From the NCBI GenBank assembly GCA_963806645.1, contig CAWDYQ010000002.1, positions 11,141 through 75,140 on the forward strand: 64,000 nucleotides of DNA. Reading direction: 5' to 3'. Both the position numbers and the translations under genes were made by a program. Positions 28,803 to 39,489 of the stretch are shown piece after piece (within the stretch, counting starts at the first letter, position 1; each line of letters opens with the position of its first letter). Source of the DNA: Candidatus Bathyarchaeota archaeon (GTDB lineage Archaea; Thermoproteota; Bathyarchaeia; Bathyarchaeales; Bathyarchaeaceae). The notes below the pieces were generated by a model, which did no database searches, was not told the DNA's origin, and was given only the letters and a program-made list of their open reading frames with translations.

Positions 28803-29792
28803 CTAATCAACTCTACCTCCATCTTCGTTAACATCCTCTATTCCTCTTTCAGAAACCATGAATATTCCTTCCCCCTCTGGCAAATGTGGACTTGAAACAA
28901 GACGTGCAATCCTAACAGGTCCACGAGCAGATTTCCTTAAAAAAACCCGAGTGTGACTAGTGTGAGCAACGATGTGACCACCTACAGGATGCACGGTGTC
29001 TCCGAAAAAGACATCCGGTTTAGACATAACCTGATTGGTTACAACAGCTACTGCATTGAATGCTCGAGCCAACCGGATTAGTCTGTGTAGGTGCTTGTTA
29101 AGTTTCTGTTGCCTTTCCTGCAACATCTCCCTGCCTAAATATTCACTTCGAAAATGAGACGTTAAGGAGTCCACAATGATCAAACGTACACCATTTTCTT
29201 TAATCACTTTATCTGCATTTTCTAATAAAAACATTTGATGCTCTGACGTAAATGCTTCAGCAAAAATAATTTTCTTAACTACCTCGTCAGGATCTAATCT
29301 CAGATTGTTTGCCATCTGAAAAATACGTTCAGTTCTAAAAGTATTCTCCGTATCAATGTATAGGGCGGAACCCCCTAAACCACCCTGCTCAGGAGGTAAC
29401 TGAGCATTTACACATAATTGGTGGCAAATCTGGCTTTTTCCACTACCAAATTCTCCGTAAAATTCGGTTATTGATTGGGATTCGATACCTCCGCCCAATA
29501 GCTTATCTAACATATTGCTTCCTGTTCTCAAACGTAAAACTGACTCCCGCATCTTTACCAGTTCATCTCCTCTGATAAACGGGAGAGGCATACATGTACG
29601 AGCCTTGTGAATAAACTCTCGAGCCTTCTTTTTGCTTATACCCGCTTGTTCCAGTTCTTTAGCTGTAGCCATTGCAAGATTTTCAACAGTATGAAACCCT
29701 AGTTCACGCAACTTCTGGGAAATAGCAGAACCTATCTCAAGGTCTTCCAAGGTCTCGTATCTCTTTTTGTCTAGGGTTGCCTCCTCATTCAT
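28803..29792 (-). CDS. radA: DNA repair and recombination protein RadA
   Basis: It has an N-terminal HhH domain, Walker [10 protein letters not shown], Walker B LIIVDS, and the typical block [15 protein letters not shown]. Confidence 0.95.
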   Translation of the reverse strand: MNEEATLDKKRYETLEDLEIGSAISQKLRELGFHTVENLAMATAKELEQAGISKKKAREFIHKARTCMPLPFIRGDELVKMRESVLRLRTGSNMLDKLLGGGIESQSITEFYGEFGSGKSQICHQLCVNAQLPPEQGGLGGSALYIDTENTFRTERIFQMANNLRLDPDEVVKKIIFAEAFTSEHQMFLLENADKVIKENGVRLIIVDSLTSHFRSEYLGREMLQERQQKLNKHLHRLIRLARAFNAVAVVTNQVMSKPDVFFGDTVHPVGGHIVAHTSHTRVFLRKSARGPVRIARLVSSPHLPEGEGIFMVSERGIEDVNEDGGRVD

Positions 29793-29957
29793 TTTGGCGA
29801 CTCAAATCCCGATTTACACGGAATATTATCTGGTTATTTAAGTTAGACTATATCGCAAATAAAACGTTCGATGAGTATTCATTGAAAATAAATCGGATCT
29901 GGAGCAAAAAGTATAAGGCAATTCGTTCAAATCTGGTTTTCACGGAGAAAACACGCT

Positions 29958-30839
29958 TTGGTATCTGGGAAAGTTGTAGAAGACATCGCAGTTAGACTCC
30001 TTCAACTCGCAGTCACAGAGCTTCCTCAAGATGTAAAGGATGCTCTCCGAAAGGCGCACCATGAAGAGGACAGTACAGTCGGAAGGGCTCAGCTTAAAGC
30101 TATTTTAGATAATGTGGAGTTAGCTGAGAAAACACAGTCTCCCATTTGCCAAGACACTGGGGTAGTTATCTTCTATGTGAAAGCTGGTGCTCAGGTAAAG
30201 GGGCTTGACAAAATTGAGGATGCTCTACGAAAAGGAACTGCAAGAGCAACAAGAGAAGTACCTCTTCGTCCAAACGCGGTTAATCCGTTCACCCAAAAAA
30301 ACACGGGAGACAACACTGGAAGAAACATTCCTTACATCAATTGGGAAGTTGTGCCCGGAGATGCCATTGAAATCACAGTTTTACCGAAAGGGGGAGGATC
30401 AGAAAATGTTTCAGCACTTGGAATGCTTAGCCCAAGCCGAGGAATTAAAGGACTTAAAAAATTTGTCGTTGACACTGTGATTAAAGGTGGTGCAAAACCT
30501 TGTCCGCCCATAGTTTTGGGTGTTGCAGTTGGCGGAGGAGCTGACATAGCACTAAAGCTAGCCAAGGCAACGCTACTAAAACCTTTAGGTGAACCTAACA
30601 TTGATCCTGAGTTGGCAAAACTTGAAGAGGAGTTGCGTGAAGCCATAAACTCTACTGGAATTGGACCCATGGGTTTAGGTGGCAAAACAACGGTGTTAGA
30701 TTTAAAGGTTGATTTTGCTCATAGGCACCCTGCATCGTATCCTGTGGCAGTTGTAGTTCAGTGCTGGGCTGCCAGACGCGCTTCGGTATGTATCTACTCT
30801 GACGGAAAAGTGGACTACCTGTCTCACAAGGTGGTTTAA
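29958..30839 (+). CDS. fumA: class I (Fe-S) fumarate hydratase, alpha subunit
   Basis: Motif SPICQDTGVVIFYVKAG. 293 aa with a TTG start. Confidence 0.85.
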   Translation: MVSGKVVEDIAVRLLQLAVTELPQDVKDALRKAHHEEDSTVGRAQLKAILDNVELAEKTQSPICQDTGVVIFYVKAGAQVKGLDKIEDALRKGTARATREVPLRPNAVNPFTQKNTGDNTGRNIPYINWEVVPGDAIEITVLPKGGGSENVSALGMLSPSRGIKGLKKFVVDTVIKGGAKPCPPIVLGVAVGGGADIALKLAKATLLKPLGEPNIDPELAKLEEELREAINSTGIGPMGLGGKTTVLDLKVDFAHRHPASYPVAVVVQCWAARRASVCIYSDGKVDYLSHKVV

Positions 30840-30843
30840 CAAA

Positions 30844-31443
30844 GTGGCAGTTTACAAACTTAAGACTCCGGTTTCAGAGGAAGATGCGAGAAAACTTGGA
30901 GTGAACGACACAGTCTACATCACAGGAACTATAATCACAGCTAGAGATGCAGCCCACAGAAGAGCACTAAAACATCATGCTGAAGGAAAGAAGATGCCCA
31001 TCAACCTTGAAGGACTAGTGATTTTCCATTGTGGTCCAGTCGCAAAAAAAGATAAAGATGAATGGCACATTATGGCTGCAGGTCCAACCACAAGCTCCCG
31101 AATGAACTCGTTCGAGGGTGAATTCATCAAGAACTTCAAGGTTCGCATTATAGTTGGTAAGGGAGGCATGGATAGTAAAACCACTAATGCCATGAAAAAG
31201 TATGGAGCTGTTTACGGAGCATTCACTGGAGGAGCCGCAGTTCTAGCAGCTAAAGCCATAAAACATGTGAAAAGCGTAGAATGGATGGATTTGGGAATAC
31301 CTGAAGCCATGTGGGTACTAGAAGTCAATGACTTTGGACCATTAACTATAGCAATAGATACCCACGGAAACAACCTCTACAAAGACATCCAAACCAAAGT
31401 TGAAAAAGAGAGACCCAAAATCTACAAAAAACTTGGAGTATAA
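30844..31443 (+). CDS. fumB: class I (Fe-S) fumarate hydratase, beta subunit
   Basis: Motifs ITGTIITARDAAHRR and GPTTSSRM. It directly follows the alpha subunit. Confidence 0.85.
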   Translation: MAVYKLKTPVSEEDARKLGVNDTVYITGTIITARDAAHRRALKHHAEGKKMPINLEGLVIFHCGPVAKKDKDEWHIMAAGPTTSSRMNSFEGEFIKNFKVRIIVGKGGMDSKTTNAMKKYGAVYGAFTGGAAVLAAKAIKHVKSVEWMDLGIPEAMWVLEVNDFGPLTIAIDTHGNNLYKDIQTKVEKERPKIYKKLGV

Positions 31444-31447
31444 CCAA

Positions 31448-32656
31448 TTATTGCTTCTTGGGCGCTAAAGCTTTGATAGTCTCAGTTATCTTGCTGGCTG
31501 GAGCGTCGGTTCTGACACCTCGGCTATTGAAATGCGTTAAAACAGCCTGAAATCCCTCTTCCTTTAGTTTGTTAAGCACACTTTTTTGGGGTGGAACAGG
31601 CAAGTTCAGCTTGTCGCAAATTTTGTCCACCGCATAATAGGTAACCTGCCCCTCAGCCTCATTCTGAACCAGTTGCAACAGCTTAAAAAGTCGTTTTTCA
31701 TTTTTCAATCCTCTTCCTTCAACCTCTTTTAGCATCATTGAGCAGAAGTTTTTTTCCGTTATACTACCGAGCCACAATGGACCTGCGGCATTCAATTTTG
31801 CTCCACAGTTTGGGCAAACAGGTTTTAAGAAAGAAGCTATTCCTGAAACTGTTTCCCTGTGAAAACATGAAAAACAATGAAGAATATAGCCCATCTGTTT
31901 TACTGCATTATCTGCTACTTTGGCGCCATAACGGACAGTCGCGTAGGCTCGAACATAATGGTCAATGCTGTTGCTAAACAAAATGTCGATGCCTATGTTA
32001 TGTTTCGCTGCCATCATTGTTAAGCATCCAACAAGTAGTCGAACAGCAAGTTCGTGACAATATTCTGTGCGTAAGGGTTGTCCACCATATTTTCGAATAC
32101 ATGCTCGGGGATGAACACCACACAAAGGAGCCATATCAGTAGCGGTTAAGGCAAGCAAACCGTGGTTACGTAAAGCCCGTACTGCAGAATCAATGTAAGG
32201 TACAGGGGTTCCAAATGGGTCTATATCCACGTAATCAAATCTTTTTCTAGGCGCAGCGTTTCTACTCAAAAAAAGGTTTGCATCTTCATTGAAAACTAAA
32301 ACTCTATCTGTGACTCCATTGATTTTTGAATTGAGGCTGGCAAGCTTAGCCGATAATGGTTTAAGATCATTTAATGAAACTTGCAGAACCCCGGTAACTT
32401 CCACAGCAAATCTTGCACCGCGAAGTCCACATCCAGTCATAGGTTCGCAAACCGAGATTTCAGTTCCCAACATTTTCTGATATGATTGCAGGGCTAGAAT
32501 TGCTAGGTCTCTATTCATTTCCATGGTGGGATTATAGAATACTGGGGCTTTGGATGGTGCATAATCCGACGGATTTTCCTTGAAATCAGCAAGTTTGGGC
32601 ACAACTACGGTAACTTGACCTTCTGTTATTGTTTCTGTGGGGAAATCAAAGCTCAA
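31448..32656 (-). CDS. trm1: tRNA (guanine26-N2)-dimethyltransferase Trm1
   Basis: Motifs FYNPTMEMNRDLAI and DIDPFGTP, plus a C-terminal Cys cluster (CFSCFH...CPNCG). Confidence 0.9.
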   Translation of the reverse strand: MSFDFPTETITEGQVTVVVPKLADFKENPSDYAPSKAPVFYNPTMEMNRDLAILALQSYQKMLGTEISVCEPMTGCGLRGARFAVEVTGVLQVSLNDLKPLSAKLASLNSKINGVTDRVLVFNEDANLFLSRNAAPRKRFDYVDIDPFGTPVPYIDSAVRALRNHGLLALTATDMAPLCGVHPRACIRKYGGQPLRTEYCHELAVRLLVGCLTMMAAKHNIGIDILFSNSIDHYVRAYATVRYGAKVADNAVKQMGYILHCFSCFHRETVSGIASFLKPVCPNCGAKLNAAGPLWLGSITEKNFCSMMLKEVEGRGLKNEKRLFKLLQLVQNEAEGQVTYYAVDKICDKLNLPVPPQKSVLNKLKEEGFQAVLTHFNSRGVRTDAPASKITETIKALAPKKQ

Positions 32657-32832
32657 TCGAAACAGCTCCTATGCATGCACTGAAGGTTGTAATATAGAAA
32701 CCAGATATTAAGAATAAGCTCAAAAAACCTTGAACAAATAGGTTTGATTGCGGTTGCAGGTCGGCTTTCTAATAAAAAATTCCAAAGGCTTCATAAATGT
32801 GCCTCTCCATATTATTTTTCTTGGGAGATAAT

Positions 32833-33579
32833 ATGCCAATCCAAGGTAAACTGTATCTATGGGGAGAAAGAGCAAAAGGTGTGCCAAAAGAGACAGGTGT
32901 TTACGCACTTTACGATAAAAACCGAAAGATGATTTATGTTGGCGGGAGTTCCAACCTCAGAGAAACATTTAGCTGTTATATTGAAACAAACTTTTCGGAT
33001 GATCCGCGCAAACGTGAAACTGTATACTACCGGAGAAAGAGCACCCCAGCATGGGAAGAAACAGTTAAGAATCTTCTTGAAGAATATAGAGTTAAATGTG
33101 GGGACATACCTAAATTGAATAATGAGTTAAAAACGGAAGAAAACGTTACACCCGAATGGGGATTCTATTTTTACGAGGCTTTCAACAAACCGCTGTTTGA
33201 GGCTGCCTTTAATCTGGACGACCTTAAAAAGAAGCTAAAGAAAGTTCCAGTTTCTTCTTTAGAATTTCACCAAAACAGAGACGACTTTGCCCGATGGATC
33301 CGGGAAGTTTTCAAAGAAACCCAACTGGCTGATAGAATAGCGAAAATGAACAGTACAGGAGAAACACTTAGACTGGAACTTTTAAACGCTTTAGGTAATC
33401 CGGAAGTAGCTGAGTGCCCTGAATGCAAAAATCTATCAACACCAGTTAAAACTTGGCAGATGGCTGGAAGACCCAACAAGTCTGGTGAAAGGCTTCAATT
33501 AACAATAGCATTATACAAATGCAACAACTGTAACAAAACGTTCAGAAATGCGATCAAGAAAGAGAAAATCAAAGCATAA
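32833..33579 (+). CDS. GIY-YIG-like domain fused to a helical domain and a C-terminal zinc ribbon
   Basis: GVYALYDKNRKMIYVGGSSNLRETF fits GIY-(x10)-YVG. The middle region has FHQNRDDFARWIREVF. The C-terminus has CPECK...CNNCNK. The preferred start is the ATG at 32833, preceded by GGGAGA. Confidence 0.55.
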   Translation: MPIQGKLYLWGERAKGVPKETGVYALYDKNRKMIYVGGSSNLRETFSCYIETNFSDDPRKRETVYYRRKSTPAWEETVKNLLEEYRVKCGDIPKLNNELKTEENVTPEWGFYFYEAFNKPLFEAAFNLDDLKKKLKKVPVSSLEFHQNRDDFARWIREVFKETQLADRIAKMNSTGETLRLELLNALGNPEVAECPECKNLSTPVKTWQMAGRPNKSGERLQLTIALYKCNNCNKTFRNAIKKEKIKA

Positions 33580-33727
33580 AAACAGATTACCCCAAGAGGG
33601 GCTGAGAGCTAGCAGGTTCAACTATTCTCCTGTTTTCTTTAGATTTGACAATATCCAATAATGTGAAAAATAATATCTATGATAGAGACTGTCTTTTCTG
33701 AAGTGAAGAATGATTATAAAATGGTTT

Positions 33728-34630
33728 TCAAGATAAGAAAACTTGTTGATATGTTAAATAACCGCTCAACATCAGGTTTGTTGTATGCACCAAGGCAACA
33801 ATTACAAAATCTTTTGCGAAAATCTCTCCCAACCGAAGCATAGATTTGACATCGATCTTGGAGCCTCCAAAGAGTTCGCAGCGGTTTTGAACTAACCGCA
33901 GAGATATATAAACTGTAAGTGCACCAAGAACAACAAAATAAATCAGATTCAAATGGAATAGGACACCAACTAGAAGCATAAGTGGAATGAGTAAGTAGCC
34001 CATAACAATAGTGAGATAAAACCCTCGCTTTAACCCTAAAACAACAAGAATCGTACGTGCACGGGCATCAAAGTCTGAAGTGTAGTCCGCCAAATCTTCC
34101 CACAGACTGTTAACTGCAGTGGAGACACCAAGAAGAAGCAGTAAAACTAAGATATTGACAGAAAAAACGTTGAAGAATGCAGCAACTATCAGAACAGGAA
34201 CAGCACCAACAGAAAAATTCACCACAGGTTTGTAAACTGTTTGCCTGAGTCGGAACGGCGGGATAGAATACAAGACACCTGCAATAATTCCAACTAAAAC
34301 AAAAACAGCAACTAACGGTATCCCAGTAATTGCACCTAAACTAATAGATAACGCAAGAAAAAAAAGGGATATGTATGTTCCTAGTCTTCCAAGATTCTTA
34401 GTATATTCCGATCGTGACAGGTCGGATTTCACATCCAAGTCAACGTCATAAACATTATTTATTGCGTCAACTCCGCTCCATCCACAAAACGCGATAAAGC
34501 CGAGATAAAAAGCTATTAGCAGACCACTTTTCTCGGCTATCAGAAACGTTGCACCCATTGTTATCATAATAAGCATGATTCCTCTTTCGAAGGAAATGAA
34601 CTTGAGGAAACCGCTTAAACTATAAAGCAT
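33728..34630 (-). CDS. UbiA family prenyltransferase
   Basis: 300 aa with about 8 TM helices. Asp-rich motif NNVYDVDLDVKSD. Confidence 0.65.
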   Translation of the reverse strand: MLYSLSGFLKFISFERGIMLIMITMGATFLIAEKSGLLIAFYLGFIAFCGWSGVDAINNVYDVDLDVKSDLSRSEYTKNLGRLGTYISLFFLALSISLGAITGIPLVAVFVLVGIIAGVLYSIPPFRLRQTVYKPVVNFSVGAVPVLIVAAFFNVFSVNILVLLLLLGVSTAVNSLWEDLADYTSDFDARARTILVVLGLKRGFYLTIVMGYLLIPLMLLVGVLFHLNLIYFVVLGALTVYISLRLVQNRCELFGGSKIDVKSMLRLGEIFAKDFVIVALVHTTNLMLSGYLTYQQVFLS

Positions 34631-34766
34631 ATCGTTTCTGGATATGAGTCACCTAAAAAGTTTTTCGTGAAAAGTTTTCATTCAGATCTAAAAATGAAAG
34701 CAAGAAAAAGAGCGCAATCTAATTCAATAATAAAAATCCATTCGACATTCGAGATTGAACGTTTAT

Positions 34767-35636
34767 TCATTGAATAATCGAATTCAGTAAAGCAAGAGAG
34801 GCATACAACGCCTCTTCGGTTCTAACAGTTTGAGTTCCCTGACCCGGAATAGTGTTAACTACAAAATCTGCGACAGCTTCTAAGCCAAGTTTTTCTTGTG
34901 CTACAATTTCCTGAAGCCCACGAGATGGTGCACCAAAAGCTAAAAGAATCCTTTTGGACTTTTTCCATCGTTCCGCTAACTCATCAACCACACTCATTAA
35001 TGATGGAGCCATTCTAGATGTAGCAACCACAAAATCGTATGCTCCGGATTTTACTATTTTTCCAAAAGAAGCTTTTGAAGACGTTACTGTGTACCCCCAG
35101 TAAGCCTCTATTTCATCTCTATTGGCTAAAGATACTGTAGGGTGTTTACCAATTTTCGTAATCTTAATCGTAACTCTTGTGTTTACGGGTATCTTCTTGC
35201 CAGGAAGTAAGGCAGGACGTTCGACACCAATATCAATAATGGATCCCGAATCAGTTATGGATACTATTGCGCCTTCACGATAGTCTCCAACCTTCAGATC
35301 TTTTGTTCGTTTGGCAAGGGGATGATGTGGTGTTCTCAAGGGTGAAAGAATACCTGCATATCGCAATTCAGGTTTAATTTGGAATAAACGTTTACGCAAG
35401 TACTGTGGTGTCTCCATATACGAAAGAAGCGTAACAATCATGTCCCTATCCCTTTTCTGGTCAGCACCTGGATTATCCGAAAATATGATAATCTCGTTTA
35501 CACGAAAGATGGCTGCTGCTCTACCCACAAGACCAATTTTTAGGGTCTTCTCTCGAATATGGGGGATGTCAGAAATAATGGAAACGGGTATAGCCACAGC
35601 AAGCTTTTGTTCGCGCTTCTGCTTAATTTTTTGCAT
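34767..35636 (-). CDS. SPOUT-class RNA methyltransferase (DUF171/Methyltrn_RNA_3-like)
   Basis: LAVAIPVSIISDIPHIREKTLKIGLVGRAAAIFRVNEIIIF matches the recalled family N-terminal pattern. Confidence 0.6.
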   Translation of the reverse strand: MQKIKQKREQKLAVAIPVSIISDIPHIREKTLKIGLVGRAAAIFRVNEIIIFSDNPGADQKRDRDMIVTLLSYMETPQYLRKRLFQIKPELRYAGILSPLRTPHHPLAKRTKDLKVGDYREGAIVSITDSGSIIDIGVERPALLPGKKIPVNTRVTIKITKIGKHPTVSLANRDEIEAYWGYTVTSSKASFGKIVKSGAYDFVVATSRMAPSLMSVVDELAERWKKSKRILLAFGAPSRGLQEIVAQEKLGLEAVADFVVNTIPGQGTQTVRTEEALYASLALLNSIIQ

Positions 35637-35714
35637 CTCCTTTCGTGTATTTGGAATTTACAGATATCTCACTGTTTAGGCTGAAAATAAGTGTGACTGC
35701 AAACAGATAAGGAC

Positions 35715-38700
35715 TTATTCAATGTCTGAGGTTGCCTTTTCAAGTTTTTGTGGCTTCTGTTTCCTTTTTGACACAATAACAGTTACAGATATGGCACCAG
35801 CTAACACAATTGCCACATACAAGAGCATGTTAGAAACATGGACATTTAGCACATTTTTTTCGGCTCGTTCAAAGTCTGGATATTCAACTTCAACAAATAT
35901 GCTCTGAAGCGGGCTCCAATCGCGTATTTCACAAGCATATGTTCCGGACTCAATTTCATTGCATACGTTTCCATTAACCAAAACGGTTGCATTGAAAACC
36001 GGATTCTCTGTGTAAACATAAACGGGGAAGACCTTTATGTCAGACAATTCCAAATTCATAGTCTCAAATTTTATTTGCGGTATCCCGATTTTGTCCCATG
36101 TTATTTCAATGGATCTATCTTGATTACGAACCTTTGTGAGACCAAAAAATCCATCGCTAACCGAAGTAGCCGCATACATTTGCGGACCGATCACGTCTGA
36201 TGTTACATCCTGTTCCCATCTAGAGTTTTGGTTAGACCAGGTCATCGGTTTTCCATTAAGGAAAATTGTTCCATTTGACTCGTCAAAAAGAATAGAATCA
36301 TATTCATACTCAGCTGTCAGCCATACTGTCTGAAATGAATCTGACTGAACAATTTTGTTGATTTTGATGGAATCAGTGACGCTTATCCTGTCCCAAATTA
36401 TTTGAGGATCATCAACAGATTTCGCGAAATCAGTCAAATTACCGTATCTAATTTCTGTAACGTTCCAAACAACTCTATCAACGATATTATGGCTAACGTC
36501 GAAACTAATCCAACCTGTTTCGTTTGTCACATATTCGGTATCGTTAACGATAACATTTACCCCAGGTAAATCAGACCCGTTACGCATCCAAGCCACATGA
36601 ACGCCAACGGTTTGGACACTGCCAACATCAGCACGATCATCACTAACAATTGTACGATCTATCTCGATTTGCTTAAAGCCGAAAGACAGTTCAGCAGTTT
36701 CTGTTCTGAACGAGTAATTGGCAGATATAACCCCCGTCGAAGCGTTGTAACTCCATGTTGAAACCTCTTCACCATTGACTTTAAAGTAATAAGGCTTCAG
36801 TTCGCCAATCTGAACACGTATGAAACCTGTTTGTCCAGTGGCTGCTTTTGTGGAGATGTCTAGAAGCCCACGTGAAGTGTTCCATGAGAATTCCGTTAAT
36901 GTGGCGCTTGAGGACAACACAGAATATTCGGTTGTGTTATCCCAACCAACAGTTATGTTCGAGTTTGAAACTATGGTTAAAACTTTGTTTGATATGTCGT
37001 ATACTTGTGTCACTTCAAAGGGCACCCCAAGAATGTAGTTTGGTTGTTCATAGTCTGAGCAGAAAATTCTGGTTGTATTTTCTGCTTCTCCGGCAGCTGT
37101 AAGCCCCACTGTAAGGTGATGGTCAACAAAAAGTGGAGTTGAGGTTAAGATGGTGTCCGAGTGTATTACTTGTGGCTGGCCAGTATCTTCCAGAAAAACA
37201 AGTAGTTTGCATTCATTAGTTTGCAGGGTTAAATTCAGAGAATAAACTGGGCTTTCGGTGATACCGTAAAGTTGGTTGTTGAAGTAATCGAAAACAACAT
37301 AATTTTTGTTATAGTCTAAGCCAACCTTCAGTGGTCGAAGGTAATAAGAAAATGTTTGATTGGCTGTGGAGTTGTCGTGGCTAAGGTAGATGGCTCTGTC
37401 AAGCTGTCCCTGATTCAACCAATACTCAACTCGGGGGTATGGCGTGTATAAAATTGGTTTTACGTAGTATGCGCATAGATAATGTATGAACTCTGTTAGA
37501 ACATCGGTTAGGACACCGTCCGGAAACGAGTTTGGGTTGCGGGTATTTACAATGTAGGTGTAGCCTGCGCCTTTCCTGTTTTCGATTATGAATGCGTTAG
37601 ACTTACCCCCAACACGGTTAACCCAAGCTATTACTCGAGCATCCTCGCTGGGCCAGATGAAGTACTTGAATTTCCAGAACCAAGAAGCAAACTCCCCCTG
37701 CTCAAAGTAGTTGTAGGTTCTTCCGCTCCATTTGGACCAGAACGTGTCTTCTGTAAAAATGATTTCATGCAGATGAACATCAGCCTTTACATCCAACCCG
37801 CTTTCAGAGTAAGTAGTTACATGAATTCCGAACAGTGAACCGTAATTTTTTGTCCACGCGTACGGGTCTGTAAGGTCATCCACAGTTTCGTTAGAGTGAG
37901 TGAACGTCAACGGAGAAAGAAAAACTCCGCCATCTTGAACGTAAGCTTCAATGTTTCTGAATAGGGTGTCACTCATCACGCTCCAGCCCAAGCCGATTAT
38001 TACGTCATACTGCTTCATCACAAAGGGGGAAGCATAGACGGAGATGACGTCCACCATTCCGAAGGGTAACCCCGTAATTTGTTTGGCTACTTGTGCACTA
38101 CCTATCTGCCAGTTGTCGCCGATTCCAGGATAGAAGATGTTCAATAGTTGGTAATCAAAGTCTCCCTGCGTTGCCGACTGATTCCATAGCCCCCAATCTG
38201 ATCCTCGGCTTCCCCATCCACTTTGTCCAATCATAACCGCAATAGATGAACGATAGTCTGGTTGAGTGTAGCCTACACTTTTTTCATTTTGTAGGAAGGT
38301 GTAGAATTTTTGAATTGCTTTTCCGAACTCGGTTAGTTTGCCATCCGGGTCCAGAATGATGTGCTTACTATTGATTGGCCAGTCACGGTCAAGGGTTCCA
38401 AAGAATGTGCCTTGCTCAAAGAAGAAGTATTTTGCTCCGTAAAACCATGCTTCGTAGAGCACCCTTTCTATATCGTTGGGAGTGAAATCTGCTGGAGGTT
38501 TAGTCCATTCCTTCCATGTATCCACCCACAGTCCCCAATCTGATATGTTGTATGTGTTTACCATGCCTCGAGCTAAGCCTATCATTAACTCTACGTTTGG
38601 AGCGTTGAAGACTTTGCTTATGAAAACGTCGCAGTATGAAGTGTTAGCTGAGGCGTAGCTGACAACGTTTTCTTGAAGCATTATACGAGCGCCGTTTTCT

Positions 38701-39239
38701 TTGAATTCTGCTAACTTCATTGTGGATGTAATGTTTTCTATTACTGCCTGTTCTGCTTGAAGCCGGGTTTCGATTGTTCCGGTTGAGTTGTTTGCCCACG
38801 TGTTGTTATCTATCTGTTTTCCAGTGATTTCCTGAACCAGAATGCCTAGAAGACGCGGATATTGGTCTTTCCAAACCTCAAACTGTTCAGGTGATATTCT
38901 GACGTTATGGTCTGAAGCGTTGTAGGTTTCGAAGATTGTGTAAAGTCCCAGATTGTTTGCTTCTCTGATTGCATCCTCAATTAACGTTAGGTTCCATGCT
39001 TGATCCATGGGATGGAGGATAACCATGTTGCCGAGTTGGAGGTCTTTAACTTTTTTTATGCTTTCCAAGATTGCCTGCTGTTGGCTTTCGAGGATTAAAA
39101 TTCCCATGAAATATTCGGGTTCATCCTCATGTGTTTCTTGAGCAAAAACTGGAGAATAAATTGAAGAGAAGGAGATTGTGAAAATGAGTAATATTAACAA
39201 AAGGCCAAATAGCTTATGTGCCAGTTCCAACGGTTTCAA
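35715..39239 (-). CDS. 1174-aa extracellular protein with signal peptide and C-terminal TM anchor (possible glycoside-hydrolase-like TIM-barrel N-domain)
   Basis: Long intact ORF with a TTG start preceded by AAGGTGA. It has many N-x-S/T sequons. The C-terminus has the hydrophobic helix LLYVAIVLAGAISVTVIV followed by SKRKQK. Confidence 0.7.
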   Translation of the reverse strand: MKPLELAHKLFGLLLILLIFTISFSSIYSPVFAQETHEDEPEYFMGILILESQQQAILESIKKVKDLQLGNMVILHPMDQAWNLTLIEDAIREANNLGLYTIFETYNASDHNVRISPEQFEVWKDQYPRLLGILVQEITGKQIDNNTWANNSTGTIETRLQAEQAVIENITSTMKLAEFKENGARIMLQENVVSYASANTSYCDVFISKVFNAPNVELMIGLARGMVNTYNISDWGLWVDTWKEWTKPPADFTPNDIERVLYEAWFYGAKYFFFEQGTFFGTLDRDWPINSKHIILDPDGKLTEFGKAIQKFYTFLQNEKSVGYTQPDYRSSIAVMIGQSGWGSRGSDWGLWNQSATQGDFDYQLLNIFYPGIGDNWQIGSAQVAKQITGLPFGMVDVISVYASPFVMKQYDVIIGLGWSVMSDTLFRNIEAYVQDGGVFLSPLTFTHSNETVDDLTDPYAWTKNYGSLFGIHVTTYSESGLDVKADVHLHEIIFTEDTFWSKWSGRTYNYFEQGEFASWFWKFKYFIWPSEDARVIAWVNRVGGKSNAFIIENRKGAGYTYIVNTRNPNSFPDGVLTDVLTEFIHYLCAYYVKPILYTPYPRVEYWLNQGQLDRAIYLSHDNSTANQTFSYYLRPLKVGLDYNKNYVVFDYFNNQLYGITESPVYSLNLTLQTNECKLLVFLEDTGQPQVIHSDTILTSTPLFVDHHLTVGLTAAGEAENTTRIFCSDYEQPNYILGVPFEVTQVYDISNKVLTIVSNSNITVGWDNTTEYSVLSSSATLTEFSWNTSRGLLDISTKAATGQTGFIRVQIGELKPYYFKVNGEEVSTWSYNASTGVISANYSFRTETAELSFGFKQIEIDRTIVSDDRADVGSVQTVGVHVAWMRNGSDLPGVNVIVNDTEYVTNETGWISFDVSHNIVDRVVWNVTEIRYGNLTDFAKSVDDPQIIWDRISVTDSIKINKIVQSDSFQTVWLTAEYEYDSILFDESNGTIFLNGKPMTWSNQNSRWEQDVTSDVIGPQMYAATSVSDGFFGLTKVRNQDRSIEITWDKIGIPQIKFETMNLELSDIKVFPVYVYTENPVFNATVLVNGNVCNEIESGTYACEIRDWSPLQSIFVEVEYPDFERAEKNVLNVHVSNMLLYVAIVLAGAISVTVIVSKRKQKPQKLEKATSDIE

Positions 39240-39489
39240 GGTGATTTCACCTTAACGTAGATAGTCTATATGTGACCGTGAGGGAATTATGAAAGGTGCT
39301 GATGTATTTTACATGTCCACTCATTTTATGTAGCCTACACAAGAATTTTAGCTATTATCTTCATTAGTCTGAATAAATGTTTTTTCTTAATTGAGCCATG
39401 AGTTGAGTAAAAAAAATTTTGAAGTTTCGAAAAAAGTATCAAAGATGCTAAATAGCTATTAAGTTAAAATGAAAAAAGTCTTGTTTTTC

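Noticed and set aside
29813-29946. The shared motif TT(T)ACACGGA / TTTCACGGA in the radA-fumA intergenic region, considered as an operator pair.
   Set aside because: There are only two imperfect copies, 124 nt apart, in an AT-rich spacer. That is too weak to separate from chance without comparative data.
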